Below, piece by piece: positions 17,249-25,078 of a DNA stretch of 32,000 bases. The notes under the pieces were generated by a model that was given only the letters and a program-made list of their open reading frames with translations, did not search any database and was not told the origin of the DNA. The translations under genes were made by a program, and so were the position numbers. The DNA is from an uncultured Chloroflexia bacterium (GTDB taxonomy: Bacteria; Chloroflexota; Ktedonobacteria; Ktedonobacterales; JADMIN01): positions 30,001 to 62,000 of the forward strand of contig CAVRAI010000004.1 in assembly GCA_963718915.1 (NCBI GenBank), in the 5' to 3' direction. Position 1 is the stretch's first letter, and every line of letters begins with the position of its first letter.

Positions 17249-18898
17249 TCAACCTTCAAGCACCGGGAGCAGAATCGCCGAGGGGTGATCTGGGTCATGG
17301 TAGACCGCCTGATCGGCGACGAGCAACTTGGTTGCGGTAGCGACTGGCTCGCCGCTGCCGGGATTGCGCACAAAGCGTGGATGCGCTCCACTGGATACCT
17401 GAATGCGCAGCCGCTGCCCCTGGCGGAAGTGGTACGCGGTTGGCCAGAGGTCAATCTGAATGTGGCGCACACCATCGCTCTCTGGCGGGCACACGTCCGG
17501 CGTCAGGCGCAGAATACCATCGCAGAGATTGACTGATTTACCCGATTGCTCGACGACGCAGAGCCGGGCAAAGAAGTCTGTATACTCCAGGCTGGAACGC
17601 ACGTAGAGATCTGCGGTCACTGGCCCGATGACCTCCATATCACGCTCCAGCGTATCGCTGGTGTAGACCAGCACATCGCTACGAGCCTCCAGGGCACGAT
17701 TGTCCTGTGGCCCCATGCGCTTTGGCGCGCCGAGCGAGTTGCCGCCCACAGCTGGCGTCGGGTTGGCAGGGTCGTAGCGGTAGCGGTCTGGCTCTGCGGC
17801 GGGTGGTGTGGTCGTCGCCAGCGCGCCGTTCGGCTGAAGATGCCAGCGTTGTTGTTGCGCCGGGGGCGGCCAGTCGGCGAAGTCGCGCCAGGTGTTCGAT
17901 CCCATGACGAACAAGCGAACAGGCTGAGCGCGCAATGCGCCTTGCTCTCCTTTGACGTGGGCGTTGAGCCAGGCGAGGGCGTCGCGTGTCGTGGGCGCCA
18001 CGCTGGCAAACTGGCCGTGAAACCACGGACCGATGAGCAGATACGGCTGGCGTCCGGCCGCGCGCAGCGCCTGATAATCTTTGAGCTGCCAGTCCAGGAA
18101 GAGGTCGTACCATCCCGCCTGCAGGCAGATTGGCACGGTAACATCGCCAACGCGGTTGCTGAAGTCAACCGGACGCCAGTAGTCGTCGTCGGGCGCGTGG
18201 CTGATGGCGTTCTGGTACGAGTGCGATGGCTGGCGCACGACGAGACGGTCAGCTTTGTTGAGTGGCAGGTGAAGATAGGCCTTCTCGAGATCGCGTTCGC
18301 GCCGTCGTGACGCGAGCATATCGCCGAGGCGCATGCCGGTGGCGGCCGTCTGCGTCATCATCGTGGACCAGCCGAGCATGTTTTCAAGCGTTACGGAACC
18401 GCCCTGATAGCGAAAGAGGTTGAAATCGGAACTGGTGATGGAGGGAACCATCGCCTGGATATCATCGTTCGCGTCGGCGGCAACCGCCCACTGCACTAAT
18501 CCGAGGTAGCTGCCGCCGATCATCGCGAGTTGGCCCGAAAACCAGTCCTGTCGCTTGATCCAGTCAATCGTGGCGAGGCCGTCCGCGCGCTCGTTGCGGG
18601 CATAGACGAAGTCGCCGCCGGAGCCTGCGGTGCCACGACAACTCTGGATGAAGACCTGATAGCCGCGCTCGACGAATGGTAACGCGAAAACGGCGGCAAA
18701 GAAGCCGCGTCGTCCATAAGGAGTGCGGATGAGCAGGGTGGGGTAGGAGGCGCGTATGGAGCGTGGCGTATAGTGATCCGCCAGCAGCGTGACGCCGTCG
18801 GGCATGGCGACGGCCACATCGCGCGTGACGGTGAATTTGTGCGTCTCCGCGGGTGGCAGCTTCATGACCTGACCAATGATGCGGCTGGTGAGGCTCAT
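17249..18898 (-). CDS. CocE/NonD family hydrolase (S15 X-Pro dipeptidyl-peptidase-like alpha/beta hydrolase)
   Basis: PDGVTLLADHYTP...PTLLIRTPYGR...GYQVFIQSCRGTAGSGGDF...DGLATIDWI..QDWFSGQLAMIGGSYLG, plus a C-terminal beta-sandwich region. ATG at 18898 lies 6 nt after AGGAGGA. Confidence 0.85.
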   Translation of the reverse strand: MSLTSRIIGQVMKLPPAETHKFTVTRDVAVAMPDGVTLLADHYTPRSIRASYPTLLIRTPYGRRGFFAAVFALPFVERGYQVFIQSCRGTAGSGGDFVYARNERADGLATIDWIKRQDWFSGQLAMIGGSYLGLVQWAVAADANDDIQAMVPSITSSDFNLFRYQGGSVTLENMLGWSTMMTQTAATGMRLGDMLASRRRERDLEKAYLHLPLNKADRLVVRQPSHSYQNAISHAPDDDYWRPVDFSNRVGDVTVPICLQAGWYDLFLDWQLKDYQALRAAGRQPYLLIGPWFHGQFASVAPTTRDALAWLNAHVKGEQGALRAQPVRLFVMGSNTWRDFADWPPPAQQQRWHLQPNGALATTTPPAAEPDRYRYDPANPTPAVGGNSLGAPKRMGPQDNRALEARSDVLVYTSDTLERDMEVIGPVTADLYVRSSLEYTDFFARLCVVEQSGKSVNLCDGILRLTPDVCPPESDGVRHIQIDLWPTAYHFRQGQRLRIQVSSGAHPRFVRNPGSGEPVATATKLLVADQAVYHDPDHPSAILLPVLEG

Positions 18899-18968
18899 CA
18901 CGCATCCTCCTATTCTTCTACCGATACTGATGCGATTTTCTCAGAAGGCGCTTCTGGTAACCATCGTA

Positions 18969-20321
18969 TCAGTCGTCATTGTGGGCAGTCCAGATGTTGC
19001 CAGGCCCCGCGTAGCTGCCTGACTCGCCCCAGACAATCTGGGTTGCGCCCTCATCATCCACCGCCATCTGGAAGTAATCGCCGTAGGGAAGACCAAACCC
19101 CTTCGCCGTCAGATAGCCGTAGCCGGGTACAAAACTGGAGATGCGCTTCTCAGTATGCCACGTATCCCCATGATCGTTACTCGAACGGTAGAAGAGATTC
19201 CACGATCCGGTACGCATATCCATCCAGCCAATGCGGACGTTGCCATTGGCCGAGCCAACCGTCAGCGCGGGGAAGCTGTGCTCGATTCCGGCGGACGCCT
19301 GCGACACCTCGGTTCGTGGTGTGTAGGTCTTCCCGTGATCGCTGGAACGCGCGAAGAAGATGCGTTCTGGAGCGAAGTTGGTCTGGTCGGTCGTGCCATT
19401 CCATAACAGATAGATCGTGTCGTCGCTGCCGATGCGCATGGCCATCTGCGCGCTCAGGAAAGCGAAGCCACAATCGGTGCAGGGGGGTGGCGCGCCGCTG
19501 GTGTCGATGACGGTACGTTTCCAGGTCAGGCCGCCATCGCTCGACTTCGTGACCCAGAGCGTGACGGGACCATCGCCATTCTGCTGATGCGCCTTATCGA
19601 AGCTATCCCAGCTAAAATAGATATTGCCCTTCGAGTCGATACCGCCACCCGCGGAGAGCGGTAGATAGAATTGGTTGGTACCCGGCAGGATTTCATGGGT
19701 TGCCCAGGTATCGCCTCCATCATATGAGACGGATACCCATGTATTGTGATTGTCGTCATAGGCCACGGCAACGGTATTCCCCCGCACCACCAGGGTGTCT
19801 TTGTCCAGACCCGGCGGCAAGTCTGAGACAATGCGCAAGGGTGACCAGGTCTTGCCAAAATCAGTCGACTTGACGACTGCGATTTCCGAGTTCGTCGCCT
19901 GCAGGAATGACGCCCAGACCGTGCGCCCATCGACCGGATCGACAACGATCTGCGAGTCATACTGGCCGCCGTGCGCCGCTACCGGTGCGATTGGCTGCGG
20001 CTGGGTCCATGTGCGCCCACCGTCATCCGATCGCTGGACTAATACGTGCAGGTCACACTTGTTGCAGGTCGTCTGCCCAGTGACGTCATAGTGCTTGTAC
20101 AGCGTGTAGAGATGTCCAAAGCGGTCGGCAGTCAGCGCTGGCTCCCAATCGTCCCCGGCGGGGAAGCCGAGGCGCAGTTGCGTGGTGAAGCTGTCGTTGG
20201 CGCTAGCGGCGCTGGCGGCAATGGCGCCAGCCGTGTGATAGGTCAACGCAAAGATAAGCCCGGAGAAAATCACCGCAACGCCCAGGACGAGTATCAAGAC
20301 ACGTTTGACAGAGGTGCGCAT
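18969..20321 (-). CDS. Secreted or anchored BNR/Asp-box repeat sialidase-like protein
   Basis: N-terminal TM/signal segment VLILVLGVAVIFSGLIFAL. Asp-boxes SDDGGRTW, STDFGKTW, SYDGGDTW, SSDGGLTW, SSDHGKTY, SNDHGDTW. ATG at 20321 follows GAGGGAGGG. Confidence 0.8.
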   Translation of the reverse strand: MRTSVKRVLILVLGVAVIFSGLIFALTYHTAGAIAASAASANDSFTTQLRLGFPAGDDWEPALTADRFGHLYTLYKHYDVTGQTTCNKCDLHVLVQRSDDGGRTWTQPQPIAPVAAHGGQYDSQIVVDPVDGRTVWASFLQATNSEIAVVKSTDFGKTWSPLRIVSDLPPGLDKDTLVVRGNTVAVAYDDNHNTWVSVSYDGGDTWATHEILPGTNQFYLPLSAGGGIDSKGNIYFSWDSFDKAHQQNGDGPVTLWVTKSSDGGLTWKRTVIDTSGAPPPCTDCGFAFLSAQMAMRIGSDDTIYLLWNGTTDQTNFAPERIFFARSSDHGKTYTPRTEVSQASAGIEHSFPALTVGSANGNVRIGWMDMRTGSWNLFYRSSNDHGDTWHTEKRISSFVPGYGYLTAKGFGLPYGDYFQMAVDDEGATQIVWGESGSYAGPGNIWTAHNDD

Positions 20322-20514
20322 GCTGTCCCTCCCTCGCTCGCTGCCCACACGTTTGCGCCGTCTCACACGTCACGTCCGGCCAAACTTTCCTGCTATTCTC
20401 GCATTCATGGGGATGAACAGTCAATCAGCGTGCGATTTTGGTGTCGCCGAAGATGGGGTTAGGATAGCTGACACATGCGCCGAAAGCAGCAAAATGCCGC
20501 CAGCGCCGATATTT

Positions 20515-21010
20515 TCAGCGATGACGGCTTTCTGGCGGAAGGGGTGGGATTCGAACCCACGGTCGGGGTAGACACGTCAACGCCTCACTCGACTCGACCT
20601 GGTACTCATAGTCCCGACTCAAGCGGCGCAGCCCGCTCCACCAGGCAAAGGTGCGCTCGACAATCGACCGATGCGCTTGCACGGCAAAGGTGCCTTTGGG
20701 CTGGGTGTCCGACCGCTTGACGATCTCCACCTCCCAGCCCAGTTGATCCCGCAGTTCGTCCGCGAGTGGCCCGCTGTAGCCAGCGTCCGCCCAGACTTTA
20801 CGCAGGCGTGGGAACGCCGGTCCATAGGCCTGGAGCGCGTGGGCTACCAGCGGCGCGCCGTCGCGGTCCTGGACATCGGCCGCCGAGACCACCACCTTGA
20901 GCGCAAAGCCCAGGGTGTCCACGAGCAGATGGCGTTTGCGTCCCATCACCTGTTTGTGGGCGTCGTAGCCGCGAAGGCCCCCCTTTGACTGGTCTTGACC
21001 GACTGACTGT
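20515..21010 (-). pseudogene. IS5-family transposase orfB (DDE domain). It is reached by a -1 frameshift at A-AAG-GGG, and its C-terminus is replaced by read-through into the tRNA fragment.
   Basis: KGGLRGYDAHKQVMGRKRHLLVDTLGF...VWADAGYSG...IVERTFAWWSGLRRLSRDYE. The last ~20 codons (TCLPRPWVRIPPLPPESRHR) are translated tRNA sequence. Confidence 0.75.
20533..20580 (-). pseudogene. tRNA 3' fragment (T-arm, acceptor 3' strand, G73, encoded CCA). The 5' half is absent and the isotype cannot be determined.
   Basis: The minus strand reads GTGGG-TTCGAAT-CCCAC-CCCTTCC-G-CCA, ending at 20533. No complementary GGAAGGG acceptor 5' strand lies within 90 nt upstream, where IS-derived sequence abuts instead. 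Confidence 0.6.
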
Positions 21011-21387
21011 CCAAGATTGCCGCACTCGGCGTCGCCTCCCGCCCCAGCCGCTTGCGCGCCTGGTCGCGAATCGCGTTGTGGATCTGTTCCCAGGTTCCGT
21101 CGTTGCGCCAGTGGCGAAAGTAGTAGTAGGCGGTCTGCCAGGGGGGCAAGTCGTGCGGCATCGCGCGCCATTGGTTGCCGCCCTGTACGACATAGAGAAT
21201 CGCGTTGACGATCTCACGTCGGCTATGGCGCGCCGGGCGTCCGCCCGACTTGATCGCGGGTACGAGCGGCTCCAAGATGGCCCATTCGCCCTCACGCAGA
21301 TCGCTGGGATAGGGCTTGCGGCTTGGTGGTCGTGGCTGTTTCATACCTCCAATCTACCATACCTGCGCATCTTTCAAAACGGTCTCT
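20578..21387 (-). mobile_element. IS5-family (IS427-like) insertion sequence, truncated at the transposase 3' end
   Basis: orfA and orfB have typical IS5 motifs. The candidate terminal sequence GAGACCGTTTTGAAAG is the reverse complement of 21372-21387. Transposase homology stops at ..RDYEYQVESSEAL, about 20-30 codons short, and no second inverted repeat is present. Confidence 0.7.
20946..21344 (-). CDS. IS5-family transposase orfA (HTH/DUF4096-like N-terminal part)
   Basis: YPSDLREGEWAILEPLVP...RREIVNAILYVVQGGNQWRAMPHDLPPWQTAYYYFRHWRNDGTW...AILDSQSVKTSQ. Confidence 0.85.
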   Translation of the reverse strand: MKQPRPPSRKPYPSDLREGEWAILEPLVPAIKSGGRPARHSRREIVNAILYVVQGGNQWRAMPHDLPPWQTAYYYFRHWRNDGTWEQIHNAIRDQARKRLGREATPSAAILDSQSVKTSQRGAFAATTPTNR

Positions 21388-22015
21388 TACATCCACGACA
21401 ATAAGGTATGCCGCAACATGCGCAAGTTTCAAGGCAGTGTTTGTGGAAATGTCTGACTTCGTAATGTGTTGTACACACATCAACATCACTCTCTTCGCTA
21501 AGGAAGCCAGAGACCCTTATGTATTCATGGCACTTCTGACATCTCTCCGAGAAGTTTGACGTCGTTGGCAGCCAGTTGCTAAGCTGAGACAACCGTTCTA
21601 GCCTGGTTTGCACTTGCGACGCAATTAATGCCCACCGTTTGTGTTCCCAGGTTACTTCCCAGAAAGGGTCACACTTAGAGCAGTACGACTTATTGCCCCA
21701 CACAATAGCATTTTCGACGGAAACATGAACTTTACACATCCCACAATGTCGTGATCCATCTGCGCAGGTTCGACAGATCTTTTTGCCGCAGGTCTTGCAC
21801 ACTCGCATGCAACTTGAGCATAATACGCCGTGACATGACGAACAGTTCTGAATACACCGTGAGCACATTACGTTGCCACATGACGAACAATACTCTGTTT
21901 GTTGGAGTGGGAGTTGACTACCGCTAAGAAGCAGTCTGTGGCATTCACAGCACTCAGGGCTGTTCCCCACGATACATGCTGGACATTCACAGTCGTCGGG
22001 GTGAAATTCTGGCAT
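21374..22015 (-). CDS. Cysteine-rich (31 Cys in 213 aa) zinc-ribbon-array protein, orphan, in a low-GC segment
   Basis: ATG at 22015 lies 6 nt after GGAGGG. Three consecutive 15-residue units CxxC-x4-CxxC-x3 (CSSCGNVMCSRC, CSSCHGVLCSSC, CKTCGKKICRTC) plus at least six more CxxC pairs. An uninterrupted 213-codon ORF in an AT-richer region. Confidence 0.6.
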   Translation of the reverse strand: MPEFHPDDCECPACIVGNSPECCECHRLLLSGSQLPLQQTEYCSSCGNVMCSRCIQNCSSCHGVLCSSCMRVCKTCGKKICRTCADGSRHCGMCKVHVSVENAIVWGNKSYCSKCDPFWEVTWEHKRWALIASQVQTRLERLSQLSNWLPTTSNFSERCQKCHEYIRVSGFLSEESDVDVCTTHYEVRHFHKHCLETCACCGIPYCRGCKRPF

Positions 22016-22161
22016 GCAATTCCCTCCATACGTCGCTGAGCGCACGGCTGCGGCGGATACTTAAGAAAATCCGTGCTCATTTATCCTGCCTGCCTGCTAG
22101 TACTTAGTCCACATTGATTTGGGAGAAGGTGGTAGAATGCAGCACCAGAAAGGAGCCTCGT

Positions 22162-22945
22162 ATGCCCACCTCTACCCACCCCCTGACGTTGTCCGCCGCT
22201 GAACGCGCCCAGGCCCAGACCGTCATCCAGCGCGGACATACCGCTGCGCGGATCCAGCGGCGCGCCCATGTGCTCTTGAAATTGGCCGACGGCTGGAGCG
22301 CCGCCGCGATTAGCCAGGCGCTCGATGTCAGCCAGAATACGGTCTGGCGCGTGCGCCAACGCTTTGCCGCAGAGGGTGTCGCGGCGGTGCTCGCCGACCG
22401 GCGGCAGACCGGCTCCGGGCCGCCTTGACCGGCGAGCAGCAAGCCCACCTCATTGCCGTCGCGTGCAGCGATGCGCCCGCTGGCCACGACCACTGGACGC
22501 TGCGCCTCTTGGCGGGCAAAGCGATCGAACTCGGCTTTGTGGAACGCATCTCGCCCGAAACCATCCGCGCCTTGCTCAAAAAAACGCGCTGAAGCCCTGG
22601 CAGCACAAAGCCTGGTGTATTCCCACCGTGAGCGCCGCCTTTGTCGCGGCGATGGAGGATGTGCTCGCGCTTTACGCCCACGTCTATGCCGCTCCGCCCG
22701 ATCCCCTGAGTTTGTTTGATGATATGATATGATGATATGATATGATATGATATGATGAGATGAGATGAGAGACGCCCGCTCCCGGCCGCGTGGAGCGCCG
22801 GGACTACGAATATATTCGGCAGGGAACGGCCAACCTCTTTGTGCTGGTCGCTCCGCATGCGGGCTGGCGTCACGTACGCGTCACCGCGCGGCGTACCGCG
22901 CTGGACTATGCCCGCTGCTTGCGGTGGCTGGTCGAGGAACGTTGA
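22162..22945 (+). mobile_element. Decayed IS630-family transposase gene: two frameshifts, an internal microsatellite, 3' truncation
   Basis: HTH part MPTSTHPLTLSAAERAQ...ISQALDVSQNTVWRVRQRF. Then, in other frames, LTGEQQAHLIAVACS..HWTLRLLAGKAIELGFVERISPETIRALLKK, then NALKPWQHKAWCIP..FVAAMEDVLALY, then RRDYEYIRQGTANLFVLVAPHAGWRHVRVTARRTALDYARCLRWLVEE. The DDE domain is mostly missing. Confidence 0.8.
22717..22770. repeat. Compound pentanucleotide microsatellite (GATAT)n/(GAGAT)n
   Basis: Read directly as GAT(GATAT)2 GAT(GATAT)4 GAT(GAGAT)2 GAGA, inside the IS630 remnant. Confidence 0.9.
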
Positions 22946-23019
22946 CCCCGACAGCGGTTTAGCAAACCGCCGCACTAGACCTACTATGCGACCCTTCCGT
23001 ATGGCGCCAAGGCAATAGG

Positions 23020-23103
23020 TGCCAAAGGGGGGACTCGAACCCCCACGCGCGTACGCGCACAACGCCCTGAACGTTGCGTGTCTACCAATTCCACCACTTT
23101 GGC
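23020..23103 (-). tRNA. tRNA-Leu (anticodon CAG), type II with long variable arm, CCA not fully encoded
   Basis: The minus strand reads GCCAAAG-TG-GTG-GAATTGGTAGA-CAC-G-CAACG-TTCAGGG-CGTTG-TGCGCGTACGCGCG-GGGGG-TTCGAGT-CCCCC-CTTTGGC-A. All stems pair, and U33 and G37 flank CAG. Confidence 0.9.
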
Positions 23104-23142
23104 GTGGATCACCGCAGTGCAATCTCCCCGGTGACATCGTTC

Positions 23143-23172
23143 ATAGTACTCTACCGCAGCCCACGGTGTCAA
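23143..23172 (-). promoter_or_regulatory. Sigma-70-like promoter for tRNA-Leu
   Basis: On the minus strand: TTGACA (23172-23167), 18-nt spacer, TACTAT (23148-23143), about 35-40 nt upstream of the tRNA 5' end. Confidence 0.5.
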
Positions 23173-23219
23173 GCGGTGTAGCCGCTCACTGCCGCCTGCT
23201 TTGTGGCGCTCGTTCGCGC

Positions 23220-24299
23220 TCACTCGAAGCGGACGATCAGCTCGTCGATGGGCCGATGCGGGCGGCGTTTCGGGGGATGTTCTTCGTAACCGACCGGGAT
23301 GAGCGCGTGCGGCTGTAGCGACTCATCCAGCCCCAACGCGGCGCGCACCGTCTCTGGCGTGAAGAGCGGCGCGCACATCCATCCGGTATCCAGCCCCTGC
23401 GCATAGGCCGCCAGCAGCATATTCTGGATCGCCGCGCCCAGACTCTGAATGGCCATGATTTCTTCGGCGCGCTGGCGGTCGGCGTCGGGATACTGGTCGA
23501 GGTCGGTGAGATAGAGGCATGCCAGAATCAGCGCGGGCGCGGTGCGAATACGCTCATGCGATTTCTCCAACCGCAGTTGAATCGTTGCGCGTTCCTGGCC
23601 GTCCATCTCCAGCGTGCGCTGCCAGTCCGCGCCCATCGCCGCCGCCAACGCCGCTTTCGGCTCGTCACGAGTGAGGACGACAAAGCGCCACGGCTGCCGT
23701 CCATGGGGCGAGGGCGCCCAGCGCGCCGCCTCGATCATCGCCTCCAGCGCCGCGCGAGGCACGGCCCGCCGCTGAAACGCTCGCACTGAACGTCGCCCGC
23801 GCGCCAGCGGCAGAAAGTCGATCCCGCGCCCTGAAGGCGGCATGGCGATGTGGGACTGCTCGAAGGCTGGCCCCCAGGTGGTGATCTGGTCGGGGGTGAG
23901 AGTGAGCAGTGGCCGCTGCTCTAGCGCCATTGCCTGATACTGCGGATAGCGCGCCCGCAGCAGCGCCAACAGGTCCGCGTGATCGGGCGCATCTGGTGGC
24001 AGCAGGTCGGCTCGACCTCGCGCCAGCAGGTAGCCCAGCCGCGACCAGTCGTCGTCATACCGGTCGATGACGAGCGCCGCCTCATGGCGCGCCTCGATGT
24101 TGCGCACACGGCGCAGAGCGCGGTCGCCGACGCGCTTGGGCTTCTCGTCCAGTGGTGTGACGAAGCGCGCGCCATCCCAGGCGTAGCAGACAGGCACGAC
24201 ATGCGGATGGCCCTCGGCGTCGCTCGTGGCTAGCCGCGCCACGCGCTGCTGCGTGACAAATGCCTCCTCGGCCTCGGTGAGATGCGCGCGCGCCGCCAT
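23220..24299 (-). CDS. Fusion protein: N-terminal PPOX-class F420-dependent enzyme domain (Rv0121-like) plus C-terminal nitroreductase domain of the FbiB C-terminal type
   Basis: N-terminal part: RVARLATSDAEGHPHVVPVCYAWDG...DEKPK...LRRVRNIEARHEAALVIDRYDDDWSRLGYLLARG. C-terminal part: RRSVRAFQRRAVPRAALEAMIEAARWAPSPHGRQPWRFVVLT...DWQRTLEMDG...APALILACL. RBS GGAGGCAAG. Confidence 0.75.
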   Translation of the reverse strand: MAARAHLTEAEEAFVTQQRVARLATSDAEGHPHVVPVCYAWDGARFVTPLDEKPKRVGDRALRRVRNIEARHEAALVIDRYDDDWSRLGYLLARGRADLLPPDAPDHADLLALLRARYPQYQAMALEQRPLLTLTPDQITTWGPAFEQSHIAMPPSGRGIDFLPLARGRRSVRAFQRRAVPRAALEAMIEAARWAPSPHGRQPWRFVVLTRDEPKAALAAAMGADWQRTLEMDGQERATIQLRLEKSHERIRTAPALILACLYLTDLDQYPDADRQRAEEIMAIQSLGAAIQNMLLAAYAQGLDTGWMCAPLFTPETVRAALGLDESLQPHALIPVGYEEHPPKRRPHRPIDELIVRFE

Positions 24300-24331
24300 G
24301 ATCGTACTTGCCTCCGCGAATTGTGTCCGAT

Positions 24332-25078
24332 TTATGCCCCTGCGCTTACATCAGGCATTGATATCTCCAGGCGCCCCGATGAGCGTTGCCTATCGAAGAC
24401 CTGCCACGTCGTCGCCGCGCCGCAGACCTCGGCCAGCAAATCCGCCAGCGCCGCCGTTGCCGCCTCTACCTGCGCTCCAGTCGTTGGCTCGATGGCTTCG
24501 ATGTTGAGCAACACCCGTGTCGTCTCGACGGTGATGGCGCTGCGGGCGTCCTGATACCAGTTCCAGCGGCGACACATCACGTGATGCGCGTCGGCGTAGA
24601 CCACCTCGCCTGGAAACGGCGGGTCATTGGCGCCTTCGGGATCGCCCAGCGGGATGAAGGTATCGTCAGGCCGGGCAAAGCGGTAGGCGACCGGCGCAAC
24701 GAGTCTATCCAGATCGTCGGCGCCGACGGGCATGCGGTAACGCAGCGAGATAAGGTTGTAGCTATCCACCAGGGTGTTGACGCGCGACAGCTCGTCCCCC
24801 TGTCGCACCTTCTTGACCAGCCGCTCGACCGAGCTGCGGAAGCTGGTCTTCTTGACACCGAACTGCCGATAGGTCTCGCGCCAGATTCCCAGCTCCGGCA
24901 CGTCGCCGAGCGGCGTTTCCGCGCCGATTGCCTGCCGGGTCGCCTGCTCCGCCTGGGCAATCAGCTGTTCGAGCGTTGGTGGACGCTCCGTCTCGATGCG
25001 CAGCCCGGTCGCGACCACCATCCCGACGCGAAAGCTGGGAAAGTGTTCGATCACCTCGCGAATGTCGAACTCGATCAT
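24332..25078 (-). CDS. Stand-alone B3/B4 (PheRS-beta-like tRNA-binding) domain protein
   Basis: FPSFRVGMVVATGL...WRETYRQFGVKKTSFRSSVERLVKKV...VNTLVDSYNLISLRYRMPVGADDLD fits my recollection of the solo B3/4 family pattern (not checked against a profile). Its ATG overlaps the upstream stop as ATGA at 25075-25078. Confidence 0.7.
   Translation of the reverse strand: MIEFDIREVIEHFPSFRVGMVVATGLRIETERPPTLEQLIAQAEQATRQAIGAETPLGDVPELGIWRETYRQFGVKKTSFRSSVERLVKKVRQGDELSRVNTLVDSYNLISLRYRMPVGADDLDRLVAPVAYRFARPDDTFIPLGDPEGANDPPFPGEVVYADAHHVMCRRWNWYQDARSAITVETTRVLLNIEAIEPTTGAQVEAATAALADLLAEVCGAATTWQVFDRQRSSGRLEISMPDVSAGA

Noticed and set aside
17546-18310. 254-aa plus-strand ORF inside the CocE/NonD gene
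   Set aside because: Shadow ORF antisense to a well-supported hydrolase, with low-complexity Arg/Ala-rich translation.
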